In this document: in pieces, positions 24,550 through 41,284 of the stretch
How the letters are laid out: each line of letters begins with the position of its first letter
How positions within the stretch are numbered: the stretch's first letter is position 1
NCBI RefSeq assembly: GCF_003018255.1
Contig: NZ_CP027440.1
Source of the DNA: Escherichia coli
GTDB taxonomy: Bacteria; Pseudomonadota; Gammaproteobacteria; Enterobacterales; Enterobacteriaceae
Reading direction: 5' to 3' (one strand)
DNA length: 64,000 nt
Position numbers and translations under genes: made by a program
Notes under the pieces: generated by a model
What the model saw: the letters and a program-made list of their open reading frames with translations, nothing else
Told to the model about the DNA's origin: nothing
Database searches by the model: none

Positions 24550-26199
24550 TTAGTCCATTAATAATTGTCGGGTAAGCGTTTCGATATAGTTCTCATCAAG
24601 CCCGGTGGGATAACCATCAAAGGCCAGGTGCAGATACTCATGGGTTAAATCCAGCCGATCCTGAAGCGTAAAGAAGTTACGAATAAACAGCCGTTTCTGC
24701 TGCCGATCGGTATAGGGGAAACCTGAGACTAAACGGCAAACCGCAAACACGTCTGGTTCGTTGTACCCCGTCTCACCTTGTAATATACGCCGCCACTGCG
24801 GCATTTTTTTCGCCAGCCAGGCTTTCGCTTTGGGTAATAACTGGCAGGTTGAGCGTGGCGCTCCCCAGCGGCTAAGGCTATTGTCGGGATAAGCAAACGC
24901 GAGTATCTGATCGTAACGCTCTCCCTGCCCCGCCTGGGCCGTGGCTTGCCGCCAGGAAAGCGTCCCTTCGGTAGCGCGACTGCCGTGATAATGAACCGGA
25001 TCGCCCGCATAGATAAGATCCTGCGTCCAGGCGGTCATCGTTCGCGCCCCCGTGGTAGCTGGCGAAGCAGAAACACGCTGCGTGGCGCTGCTGTCAGGGA
25101 TGGTCAGGCAATCGCCTTCCCGATTGGCGTTTTGCTGTAAAAAAGTGCGTATCGCCACGGTCATGGCTTTCGCTGCCTCAGGTGGCGTACTTTTCGCCTC
25201 ACGATCCAGAACTCTGGCAACGTACTCTTCACGATCGAGATGCGACTGCAATTTCAGTTTGCCCTTTTCGCTCAGTAAGGTCGTCTCACCGTGGCTGACA
25301 AACATAATGTGGTTACCATTGGCAAACGTCACACGATAGCGCCCATTAAGTACGCCGGGTTTTACTGCCGTCGAACTCTTTTCCGCCGTGATTTTCTTCA
25401 GCGGATAGCGGGCAAACAGCTCCACCAGGACACATTGCCCACTGGCAACTTGCGTCGGCACTGGCAAAACCCGATTAAGCACCGTCGCATAACGGGTCAG
25501 TACCGTTTTGCTGGTGCCACTGCCAGTCACCCACAGCGGTGTACCATCGGTTAACCAGCCGGCAAAACCACCCTGACGGATTTCCTGTTTATCATCGGCA
25601 AACCAGCTCCAGGTTTTCACCCGTACCCGACTGCCGAGCATGGATGCGACACCGATTTTCGCCTCGTCCAGCACCACATCCAGTAAGACTTCCTGAGCTT
25701 TGTTTTGCGCAGGTAACGTCGCTAATGAATCAAGCAGCGAGTTAACCGTTACCGAGGTTTCTGGCTTCAGCGTAGTAAGAGACGCTAACCACGCAGGTGC
25801 CTGACGCTGTTGCCAATATTGCCCCCACACATCTGCGCCAATATGCAACCGCTGCGGCGCAAAATAGAGCCCACAGGAACGTACCAGCGCGGTATCGCGC
25901 GTTATACTCTCCCCAGCCTGACAACAATAAACCTCTTCCGGGGAGTTTCCGCGACACTGGTAGGGCTGCTCCGGTTGATGGGTATCCTCCAGCCAGGCGT
26001 AAACATACAGTTTCCACAAACTCCCTAACGGCGTGGTGAGCGTGTCAGGTAATGCCGAGACTTTGGTCACGCCTGATGACGACAGCTGATACAGTTGATC
26101 GTGCTGCGCACCGCGCAGCACCAGTTGTAACGGCGTCTCCTCCGCAAGCGTTGGCAGAGTAACCAACGCCAATAGCCAGACGATTCTGCGCCAGTTCAC
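24550..26199 (-). CDS. yfaQ: YfaQ, DUF2300-family secreted protein
   Basis: 549-aa ORF with signal peptide; directly downstream of yfaS on the same strand. Confidence 0.8.
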   Translation of the reverse strand: MNWRRIVWLLALVTLPTLAEETPLQLVLRGAQHDQLYQLSSSGVTKVSALPDTLTTPLGSLWKLYVYAWLEDTHQPEQPYQCRGNSPEEVYCCQAGESITRDTALVRSCGLYFAPQRLHIGADVWGQYWQQRQAPAWLASLTTLKPETSVTVNSLLDSLATLPAQNKAQEVLLDVVLDEAKIGVASMLGSRVRVKTWSWFADDKQEIRQGGFAGWLTDGTPLWVTGSGTSKTVLTRYATVLNRVLPVPTQVASGQCVLVELFARYPLKKITAEKSSTAVKPGVLNGRYRVTFANGNHIMFVSHGETTLLSEKGKLKLQSHLDREEYVARVLDREAKSTPPEAAKAMTVAIRTFLQQNANREGDCLTIPDSSATQRVSASPATTGARTMTAWTQDLIYAGDPVHYHGSRATEGTLSWRQATAQAGQGERYDQILAFAYPDNSLSRWGAPRSTCQLLPKAKAWLAKKMPQWRRILQGETGYNEPDVFAVCRLVSGFPYTDRQQKRLFIRNFFTLQDRLDLTHEYLHLAFDGYPTGLDENYIETLTRQLLMD

Positions 26200-33046
<6,847 letters not shown>

Positions 33047-33159
33047 TGCCACATTCCTTGTGTAAAGCCAGCCATTTTTTACGAGCACAGCAAAACTTTA
33101 CCGCGCCCTAATACGACAAAAGCCCAGACTTTGCAGCCTGGACTTTTCAATTCAAACAA

Positions 33160-33177
33160 GGGAGATAGCTCCCTTTT
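33160..33177 (-). terminator. Hairpin terminator downstream of gyrA
   Basis: GGGAG-ATAG-CTCCC perfect stem-loop with flanking T/A runs, just beyond the gyrA stop. Confidence 0.5.
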
Positions 33178-33194
33178 GGCATGAAGAAGTAAAA

Positions 33195-35822
33195 TTATTC
33201 TTCTTCTGGCTCGTCGTCAACGTCCACTTCCGGAGCGATTTCATCGTCCCCTTCCGCGGCACTGCCGTCGATGGTATCCAGATCTTCCTCGTCAACCGGT
33301 TCAGCAACACGTTGCAGACCCACTACGTTTTCATCTTCCGCAGTACGGATGAGGATCACGCCCTGGGTGTTACGGCCCACGATGCTGATTTCCGAAACGC
33401 GAGTACGTACCAGCGTACCGGCATCGGTGATCATCATGATCTGGTCGCAGTCATCTACCTGCACCGCGCCAACCACTAAACCGTTACGTTCGGTAACCTT
33501 GATGGAGATAACCCCTTTCGTCGCACGCGACTTAGTCGGGTATTCCGCCACTGCGGTACGTTTACCATAACCGTTCTGCGTTGCGGTGAGGATTGCGCCA
33601 TCGCCACGAGGCACGATCAGAGAGACGACTTTATCGCCTTCGCCTAAACGAATACCGCGAACACCGGTGGTGTTGCAGCCCATCGCACGGACAGAAGACT
33701 CTTTAAAGCGCACCACTTTACCTTCGGCGGAGAACAGCATTACTTCGTCTTCGCCGCTGGTCAGGTCAACGCCGATCAGCTCATCGCCTTCAACCAGTTT
33801 GATCGCCACTTTACCGGCGGTACGCAGACGGTTGAACTCGGTGAGGACGGTTTTCTTCACAGTACCGTTAGCGGTCGCCATGAAGACTTTCACGCCTTCT
33901 TCAAACTCGGTCACCGGCAGGATCGCAGTGATACGTTCGTCCTGCTCCAGCGGCAGCAGGTTGACGATCGGACGACCACGCGCGCCACGAGTGGCTTCTG
34001 GTAACTGGTAGACCTTCATCGAATAGACGCGGCCACGGCTGGAGAAGCACAGAATATGGTCGTGGGTGTTCGCCACCAGCAGTCGGTCAATAAAGTCTTC
34101 TTCTTTAATACGTGCGGCAGATTTGCCTTTCCCGCCACGACGCTGCGCTTCGTATTCAGAAAGCGGCTGATACTTCACGTAGCCCTGGTGAGAGAGTGTT
34201 ACCACCACATCTTCCTGGGTGATTAGATCTTCCAGGTTGATGTCAGCGCTGTTGGCAGTGATTTCAGTACGACGTTTGTCGCCGAACTGTTCACGAACCA
34301 GCTCCAGCTCTTCGCGGATCACTTCCATCAGACGATCGGCACTGCCAAGAATACGCAGCAGTTCTGCGATCTGATCCAGCAGCTCTTTGTATTCGTCGAG
34401 CAGTTTTTCATGCTCAAGGCCGGTCAGTTTCTGCAAACGCAGATCCAGAATCGCCTGAGCTTGCTGTTCGGTCAGGTAGTACAGACCATCACGCACGCCG
34501 AACTCTGGCTCCAGCCATTCCGGACGCGCAGCATCATCGCCCGCACGTTCGAGCATGGCGGCAACGTTGCCCAGCTGCCACGGATTAGCCACCAGCGCAG
34601 TTTTCGCTTCTGCAGGCGTCGGCGCATGACGGATCAGTTCGATGATCGGGTCGATGTTCGCCAGCGCTACGGCTAATGCTTCAAGGATATGAGCACGATC
34701 GCGAGCTTTACGCAGTTCGAAAATAGTACGACGAGTCACCACTTCGCGGCGGTGACGAACAAACGCCGCGATGATGTCTTTCAGGTTCATGATCTTCGGC
34801 TGACCATGGTGCAATGCCACCATGTTGATACCGAAAGAAACCTGCAACTGGGTCTGGGAGTAGAGGTTGTTGAGCACAACTTCACCGACCGCATCGCGTT
34901 TCACTTCAATCACGATGCGCATACCGTCTTTGTCAGACTCGTCACGCAGCGCGCTGATGCCTTCCACGCGTTTTTCTTTTACCAGTTCCGCAATCTTCTC
35001 GATCAGGCGCGCTTTGTTTACCTGATACGGAATTTCGTGGACGATAATGGTTTCACGTCCGGTTTTGGCGTCAACTTCCACTTCAGCACGGGCGCGGATA
35101 TATACCTTGCCGCGACCGGTACGGTAAGCTTCTTCAATACCGCGACGACCGTTAATGATTGCCGCCGTCGGGAAGTCCGGCCCGGGGATGTGTTCCATCA
35201 GCCCTTCAATGCTGATGTCTTCATCATCGATATACGCCAGACAACCGTTGATGACTTCCGTCAAGTTGTGCGGCGGGATGTTGGTTGCCATACCTACGGC
35301 GATACCGGAAGAACCGTTCACCAGCAGGTTAGGAATTTTGGTTGGCATGACGTCGGGAATTTTTTCCGTGCCGTCATAGTTATCTACGAAATCGACCGTC
35401 TCTTTTTCGAGATCGGCCATCAGTTCATGGGCAATTTTCGCCAGACGGATTTCCGTATAACGCATTGCCGCCGCAGAGTCGCCGTCGATGGAACCGAAGT
35501 TACCCTGACCGTCTACCAGCATGTAACGCAGCGAGAATGGCTGCGCCATACGGACGATCGTGTCATAAACCGCCGAGTCACCATGGGGATGGTATTTACC
35601 GATTACGTCACCAACGACACGGGCAGATTTTTTATAGGCTTTGTTCCAGTCATTGCCTAGTACGTTCATGGCGTAAAGTACGCGACGGTGTACCGGCTTC
35701 AGGCCATCTCGGACATCTGGCAGCGCACGGCCAACAATGACCGACATCGCATAATCCAGATAGGAGCTCTTCAGCTCTTCCTCAATGTTGACCGGTGTAA
35801 TTTCTCTCGCAAGGTCGCTCAT
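33195..35822 (-). CDS. gyrA: DNA gyrase subunit A
   Basis: 875-aa ORF; N-terminal [18 protein letters not shown], active-site Tyr region, acidic C-terminal tail; QRDR reads [10 protein letters not shown] (Ser83, Asp87). Confidence 0.95.
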   Translation of the reverse strand: MSDLAREITPVNIEEELKSSYLDYAMSVIVGRALPDVRDGLKPVHRRVLYAMNVLGNDWNKAYKKSARVVGDVIGKYHPHGDSAVYDTIVRMAQPFSLRYMLVDGQGNFGSIDGDSAAAMRYTEIRLAKIAHELMADLEKETVDFVDNYDGTEKIPDVMPTKIPNLLVNGSSGIAVGMATNIPPHNLTEVINGCLAYIDDEDISIEGLMEHIPGPDFPTAAIINGRRGIEEAYRTGRGKVYIRARAEVEVDAKTGRETIIVHEIPYQVNKARLIEKIAELVKEKRVEGISALRDESDKDGMRIVIEVKRDAVGEVVLNNLYSQTQLQVSFGINMVALHHGQPKIMNLKDIIAAFVRHRREVVTRRTIFELRKARDRAHILEALAVALANIDPIIELIRHAPTPAEAKTALVANPWQLGNVAAMLERAGDDAARPEWLEPEFGVRDGLYYLTEQQAQAILDLRLQKLTGLEHEKLLDEYKELLDQIAELLRILGSADRLMEVIREELELVREQFGDKRRTEITANSADINLEDLITQEDVVVTLSHQGYVKYQPLSEYEAQRRGGKGKSAARIKEEDFIDRLLVANTHDHILCFSSRGRVYSMKVYQLPEATRGARGRPIVNLLPLEQDERITAILPVTEFEEGVKVFMATANGTVKKTVLTEFNRLRTAGKVAIKLVEGDELIGVDLTSGEDEVMLFSAEGKVVRFKESSVRAMGCNTTGVRGIRLGEGDKVVSLIVPRGDGAILTATQNGYGKRTAVAEYPTKSRATKGVISIKVTERNGLVVGAVQVDDCDQIMMITDAGTLVRTRVSEISIVGRNTQGVILIRTAEDENVVGLQRVAEPVDEEDLDTIDGSAAEGDDEIAPEVDVDDEPEEE

Positions 35823-35968
35823 CTAACCGCTATCCCTCTACTGTATCCCGGATTCAAAGGTCGCAAATTATAACACAGCCGCGCAGTTTGAGGTAAACCT
35901 ATACGCTTTATTCACATCCAATGCCTGATATACTCGTTTGTCTTGCCAATTACGGAGTAGAAGTGCCA

Positions 35969-36691
35969 ATGAATGCCGAAAAATCGCCGGTAAACCATAA
36001 CGTAGACCACGAAGAGATCGCTAAATTTGAAGCTGTCGCCTCCCGCTGGTGGGATCTTGAAGGTGAGTTCAAACCGCTGCACCGCATTAACCCGCTGCGT
36101 CTGGGCTATATTGCCGAGCGTGCTGGCGGTTTATTTGGCAAAAAGGTGCTCGATGTCGGTTGTGGCGGCGGCATTCTGGCCGAGAGTATGGCGCGCGAAG
36201 GTGCGACGGTGACCGGTCTGGATATGGGCTTTGAGCCATTGCAGGTGGCAAAGCTGCACGCGCTGGAAAGCGGCATTCAGGTGGATTACGTGCAGGAAAC
36301 CGTGGAAGAGCACGCGGCAAAACATGCCGGGCAGTATGATGTGGTGACCTGCATGGAGATGCTGGAGCACGTCCCCGATCCGCAGTCAGTGGTCAGAGCC
36401 TGTGCGCAACTGGTGAAACCGGGCGGCGATGTCTTTTTCTCGACGCTTAACCGCAACGGCAAGTCATGGCTGATGGCGGTGGTTGGCGCGGAATATATTT
36501 TGCGCATGGTGCCCAAAGGCACGCATGATGTGAAGAAGTTTATTAAACCGGCAGAGCTGCTGGGCTGGGTGGATCAGACCAGTCTTAAAGAGCGACATAT
36601 AACCGGGTTACATTACAACCCGATCACTAATTCCTTTAAGCTCGGCCCCGGCGTGGATGTGAACTATATGCTGCACACGCAGAATAAGTGA
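35969..36691 (+). CDS. ubiG: UbiG, ubiquinone biosynthesis O-methyltransferase
   Basis: Start set at [10 protein letters not shown] (240 aa); SAM-binding motif VLDVGCGGG. Confidence 0.9.
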   Translation: MNAEKSPVNHNVDHEEIAKFEAVASRWWDLEGEFKPLHRINPLRLGYIAERAGGLFGKKVLDVGCGGGILAESMAREGATVTGLDMGFEPLQVAKLHALESGIQVDYVQETVEEHAAKHAGQYDVVTCMEMLEHVPDPQSVVRACAQLVKPGGDVFFSTLNRNGKSWLMAVVGAEYILRMVPKGTHDVKKFIKPAELLGWVDQTSLKERHITGLHYNPITNSFKLGPGVDVNYMLHTQNK

Positions 36692-36699
36692 GGTTGTTG

Positions 36700-36830
36700 T
36701 TTGGATTCATCCGGCAACCGCGCCAATGCCTGATGCGACGCTTGCCGCGTCTTATCAGGCCTACAAATGCTCTCCGTAGGCCTGATAAGGCGTTTACGCC
36801 GCATCCGGCAATAGTGATGGTCAGACAGCG
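36700..36830. repeat. REP-type palindromic element cluster between ubiG and yfaL
   Basis: Repeated GCCTGATGCGACGCTTGCCGCGTCTTATCAGGCCTAC / GCCTGATAAGGCGTTTACGCCGCATCCGGCA units. Confidence 0.6.
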
Positions 36831-36831
36831 A

Positions 36832-39800
36832 TTACCATTTCACCGTCATCGACAAAAACCCTGCCGTCTGGGCAAAATCATCACTCCCTTTCTGCCACGC
36901 CACGCTGCCGCGCAGGGACACTCGCTGACTGATATTGCCCGTGACTCCCACTTTTATTTCACCCCGTTGCTTCACCCCATCGTCACTGATAGTGCTGCCA
37001 TCTTCTTCAATTTCCGTCGCATGGGGATCGTGATAATAATTCAGATCTAATGTTGGTATGACATGAACAGCGGTACGCCATTCGCTGTGTAAACCCAGCC
37101 GCGTCTGAATATCATCACCCTGCGATTGTGACACGCGCGCATGGTTAGCGGCGGTAAAATCATCCTGCTGCACGCCCTGATAAATCACCTGCGCCTGCGG
37201 TTCAATCACCACACCACGCCCCGGTAACCATTGATACCCGGCTTCCAGCGAGGCGATAATCCCCGACGAGTGGTAATGATCCACGCCATCGTCTTGTTCA
37301 GAAACATCATTGTTAAACCACGCATATTGCAGCCAGCTATCCAGCCAGACCCCCTGCTTCTGATTACCGTGCTGATACCAGCTTGAGGTCAGCCCAACGG
37401 CATAACCGTGGTTCTGGTTATCGGCGCGAGTTCCGCTCATATTCGAGCGGCTGTCGCCCTGGTTATCGCTGTAGCCACCAACAATCCCAAGCATCCACTC
37501 GCCATCATCACCCCAGTGCCTGCTAAACAGATCGCCGCTAAGCTGCACCGTAGAAGTGTCTTCATGCTGAGCCAGTTGCCCTGCCGCCGTGTAATGATAA
37601 CGCCCGCCGATAACGCGTAAATTCAGCGTCTGACCATCGCCACCAGCGTGATCGCGTCGCTCCATCACAAATGCCTGATTTGCCGCACGTAGGTTATTAA
37701 AATATCCACCAACTTTGGCATTCAACACCGGCTGGTAAGCAGGCGTAGGTCCAGGGTCGGGGGTTGGGTCGGGATCCGGCGTGGGATCAGGATCTGGAGT
37801 CGGGTCCGGATCGGGCGGCGGCGTCGGAGTGACTTCTTGCGATCGCAGATACCAGTCATTGTTATCTTCCACCAGCGTATAGTCATACGCCCCCATATTG
37901 ACGTAGCCGCTTCCTGCCAGACGGAACTGCGCATTGTTTTGAAACTGCGTGGGATCAGCTGCGAAATCAACCACTTTAATACCTGTAGATGTCGGCTCAC
38001 CAATACCCGTAATGGGGTTAATTACCACGGCCGTGTTGCCAGCAGTATTACCGTTCAATACCAGTTGGTCACTTGCCGAGTCATCGCCGTTTAATTCGCT
38101 GTCGAGCAGTAGCGTACCGCCGCCGGTATAATCACCATTTACCGTCAGCGTGTCGCCAGCGACGCCATTTTGCAGGCTAATCGCACCGGACGTATTGGTC
38201 AGATTGCCATTAACCGTCACGTCGGAAAGATAAGTCAGGCTGTCAGTTTCAAGGTTGGTATTAAGCTCGCCTGTCAGCGTCACGCCATCGGTGGCATTCA
38301 CCAACGTACCGTCGCCGCTAAACAGCGAGGCATCCAGCACCTGGTTCGTATCCTGCTGCGTCAATCGCAACACAGTACCATCGGTTATGTCGATATCGCC
38401 GCCAGAGGTGGCATCGATTGAGCGAATATCCTGATTTTGCCCGGTTTCAAAAACACCGTCTTCCCCCACCCACAGTGAAGAAACATAAGGAATAATATTC
38501 TCCGCTTCACCTTTTAGCGTTCCGTCCTCCACACGTACCGCAGACGTCGCAGTGCCGCTGGCGGTCAACTCCAGCGTACCGCCGCCACTTTTAGTCAACG
38601 TGCTTACGCTATCCAGTTGTTGCCCGGTACTATCCGCCATCAACCCGCCCCATTGCGTATCTACGCCATCCTCAACGTGTATTTCGCCATCAGCGCGCAT
38701 TTCAATATTCCTGCCCTGACCTGTTGTAGCCGAGCGAGTGTCAACATCAGTCGTCACATCCATTTCACTGTGTTGTTGGGGATCTGTGAAGATCACTGAA
38801 CGGTTGTAACTTGTGTCCCCCAATTGCGAATTATCGCTGACTTCAAGCGTACCGGAGGCGATTTGCGTATTACCGAGATAACCGTTGTTATTCGCCAGCG
38901 TTACGCGCTGATCCCCCGCATTAATGACGACATAAACGCCATTCTGGCTGGCATCACTGCCGCCAATATGTAAATCATCGCCACTGCTGATATCAACGAC
39001 ATCATTACTGCCAATCACTGTCCCCCCGCTGCCGCTGATTTGCAGACCGTCATTGTATGAGCTATCGCCATCCCAGGTGGTGAAATCAGAGAGATCCAAT
39101 ACTCCGCCATTTAGCACGATCGATTGCGGATCGCTCTGCATTGCCCGTAAATCGGCCTGATTCCCCGCTAGCGACAATACGGCGTTATCTTCCACCACAA
39201 TATCGCCGGTTAATGCCATCGACTGCGCCCCTGTCAGGAGATAGCTGCCATCTTGCGCTACCGTCAACTGTCCTTCACCCTGAATCGAGCCGGAAAAACC
39301 GCCCTGGTTTACGGTAACATTGCCGCCTGCGTCGATATTCAAAATGCCATTAGCAAAACCGGTTAATGAGTGCACAAACGTTTGTTGTGTATTGCCAACA
39401 TTCAGTTCTGCCTGATACTCAGAATGAACAGTGCTGCCGACCATCAGACCAAAGCAATCCTGCGGATCGCTCTGACAGTGCGTGTCGCCGACATTCATTA
39501 ACTCATCGCTGCGCCCCAACGTCACCTCGCCATTCTGGATACTTATCTCGCCGGTAAACGCATTATTGTCGGCATTGAGGACTAACTCTCCCGCTCCCTC
39601 TTTAACGATGACTCCCGTTCCGGCAAGAGAATCAATCGCGCCATCGTTGCTGGTATTGCCTATTACCAGCGTTTTATCGGCGGCAATGTTAAATTCAGCC
39701 ACACTATGACCGATATACATAAAGCCCCCCGCCGCTGCCGTCGCCGAATGGTCATATCCCGAGGCGCTGTTATTTTCATCAATCATCACACCATTGTTTT

Positions 39801-40596
39801 GGTCATAATTATCATCAACAGAAATATCAATAAGATACGGGGATGTGGTGCTGCTGGTATAAATTGCTCCGCCATAACCTTCTGCATAGTTATTGGTAAA
39901 GGAGGTATTATTAATTATCGTTTTTCCTGAAAGATGTGTGTTATCCGTACTATTATCCGTAACATCAATAGCGCCGCCATCCCCATCACTATAACTTGTT
40001 GATGTATATGCCTGGTTATTATTAAAAGCATCATCACTTAAATAGTCGTCATTATTGATGGTATAAATTGCACCGCCTTTGCCGTCATTAGCGATGTTAT
40101 TGTGAAATACGGCGTTAGTGACACGTAAATCGGCGGCACCGGTATCATTGGTACCGGCAGAATAGATTGCTCCGCCATAGCCTCCTGCAACATTACTGTC
40201 GAAAATAACATTCGCAAGATTTATCGTTGAGTTTTCTTTAGCAAAGATAGCCCCACCATTATTATATTCGCCACTAACCGAGTTATCAGCAAACAGGGTC
40301 ATCCCTGTTTCATTTTGTGGTGAAATCGTAAATTCAGCACTTTGCTGCAAAAATACTGCGCCACCGCTGGCATTATTGGCCATACCCGAAAAAATCAACC
40401 ATTGCCCATCCGCGATGCTCCAGTCCTGCATATTGCCCGAAAGGCTTTGCCTGCTGGCCTGACAGTTCGCTTTGATATCATATCCCTGGCATGAATCGAT
40501 GACCGCTGCGGCACCGTTACCAGAGAAAAGAGATGCAATCATTGACGGGAGTAAAGATAAATACTCCTTGCGTAGAAAGATAATCCGCATATTCAT
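36832..40596 (-). CDS. yfaL: YfaL, AIDA-I-type autotransporter adhesin
   Basis: About 1250-aa ORF with signal peptide, long beta-helical passenger with G/N/T/S-rich repeats, Pro-Thr/Pro-Asp linker and C-terminal beta-barrel ending in W. Start may be the ATG at 40590. Confidence 0.85.
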   Translation of the reverse strand: MNMRIIFLRKEYLSLLPSMIASLFSGNGAAAVIDSCQGYDIKANCQASRQSLSGNMQDWSIADGQWLIFSGMANNASGGAVFLQQSAEFTISPQNETGMTLFADNSVSGEYNNGGAIFAKENSTINLANVIFDSNVAGGYGGAIYSAGTNDTGAADLRVTNAVFHNNIANDGKGGAIYTINNDDYLSDDAFNNNQAYTSTSYSDGDGGAIDVTDNSTDNTHLSGKTIINNTSFTNNYAEGYGGAIYTSSTTSPYLIDISVDDNYDQNNGVMIDENNSASGYDHSATAAAGGFMYIGHSVAEFNIAADKTLVIGNTSNDGAIDSLAGTGVIVKEGAGELVLNADNNAFTGEISIQNGEVTLGRSDELMNVGDTHCQSDPQDCFGLMVGSTVHSEYQAELNVGNTQQTFVHSLTGFANGILNIDAGGNVTVNQGGFSGSIQGEGQLTVAQDGSYLLTGAQSMALTGDIVVEDNAVLSLAGNQADLRAMQSDPQSIVLNGGVLDLSDFTTWDGDSSYNDGLQISGSGGTVIGSNDVVDISSGDDLHIGGSDASQNGVYVVINAGDQRVTLANNNGYLGNTQIASGTLEVSDNSQLGDTSYNRSVIFTDPQQHSEMDVTTDVDTRSATTGQGRNIEMRADGEIHVEDGVDTQWGGLMADSTGQQLDSVSTLTKSGGGTLELTASGTATSAVRVEDGTLKGEAENIIPYVSSLWVGEDGVFETGQNQDIRSIDATSGGDIDITDGTVLRLTQQDTNQVLDASLFSGDGTLVNATDGVTLTGELNTNLETDSLTYLSDVTVNGNLTNTSGAISLQNGVAGDTLTVNGDYTGGGTLLLDSELNGDDSASDQLVLNGNTAGNTAVVINPITGIGEPTSTGIKVVDFAADPTQFQNNAQFRLAGSGYVNMGAYDYTLVEDNNDWYLRSQEVTPTPPPDPDPTPDPDPTPDPDPTPDPGPTPAYQPVLNAKVGGYFNNLRAANQAFVMERRDHAGGDGQTLNLRVIGGRYHYTAAGQLAQHEDTSTVQLSGDLFSRHWGDDGEWMLGIVGGYSDNQGDSRSNMSGTRADNQNHGYAVGLTSSWYQHGNQKQGVWLDSWLQYAWFNNDVSEQDDGVDHYHSSGIIASLEAGYQWLPGRGVVIEPQAQVIYQGVQQDDFTAANHARVSQSQGDDIQTRLGLHSEWRTAVHVIPTLDLNYYHDPHATEIEEDGSTISDDGVKQRGEIKVGVTGNISQRVSLRGSVAWQKGSDDFAQTAGFLSMTVKW

Positions 40597-41122
40597 CTAA
40601 CCATCATTTTCTATAAGATGGCGTATTTAATCGCATTATGCGATATAGGGTATTTTTCTTTTGTAAATTCTGCCCCTGATGTAATAACTATTTTGTTATT
40701 ATCTGATAATTAATTTAGATGCATCACAATTCAAATTAATAACTTTAAGGTAAATCGGTTATATTTAAACTAAATTAAAGCAATAAATAATATTCTTATA
40801 ATAAATACAAAAGTAACAAATTGGCTTAGTATTTAACAATAACCGCATAGAAAACAACCATTTCGACATCAACAATCGCTTACATTCGCTTATATATTGA
40901 CCACAACTGATACATCAGATTATGTGATGACTCGTGCTTAGATCAATTTTTGCAATCATTAGCAAAAAGATTAATAAACCATCTATATCAATTTATCCAA
41001 CCTATTCTGCCGTTCAAGAAATCACCGAACAGTTATTTTTAACAAATTTTTCTCTTCCCATTGACTTTCCCGGACACCTTGTCTGACCTAAGGTGCGCGA
41101 AAGCCACTTTTTCCTTCCTGAG

Positions 41123-41143
41123 TTATCCACAAAGTTATGCACT
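41123..41143. promoter_or_regulatory. DnaA box(es) in the nrdAB promoter region
   Basis: TTATCCACA (consensus DnaA box) followed by TTATGCACT about 150 bp upstream of nrdA. Confidence 0.55.
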
Positions 41144-41160
41144 TGCAAGAGGGCCATTTT

Positions 41161-41208
41161 CACACTATCTTGCAGTGAATCCCAAACATACCCCCTATAT
41201 ATAGTGTT
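41161..41208. promoter_or_regulatory. Tandem NrdR boxes of the nrdAB promoter
   Basis: CACACTATCTTGCAGTG and CCCTATATATAGTGTT, two palindromic NrdR-type boxes with the spacing typical of class I RNR promoters. Confidence 0.65.
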
Positions 41209-41284
41209 CTAAGCAGCTTCCCTCACTACAGGTAGTCTGCATGAAACTATTGCGGAAAGAATTCCAAAAACAGGTACGACATAC

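Noticed and set aside
34689-35660. 323-codon ORF on the + strand (and several others between 33271 and 35873)
   Set aside because: All antisense to gyrA; spurious open frames.
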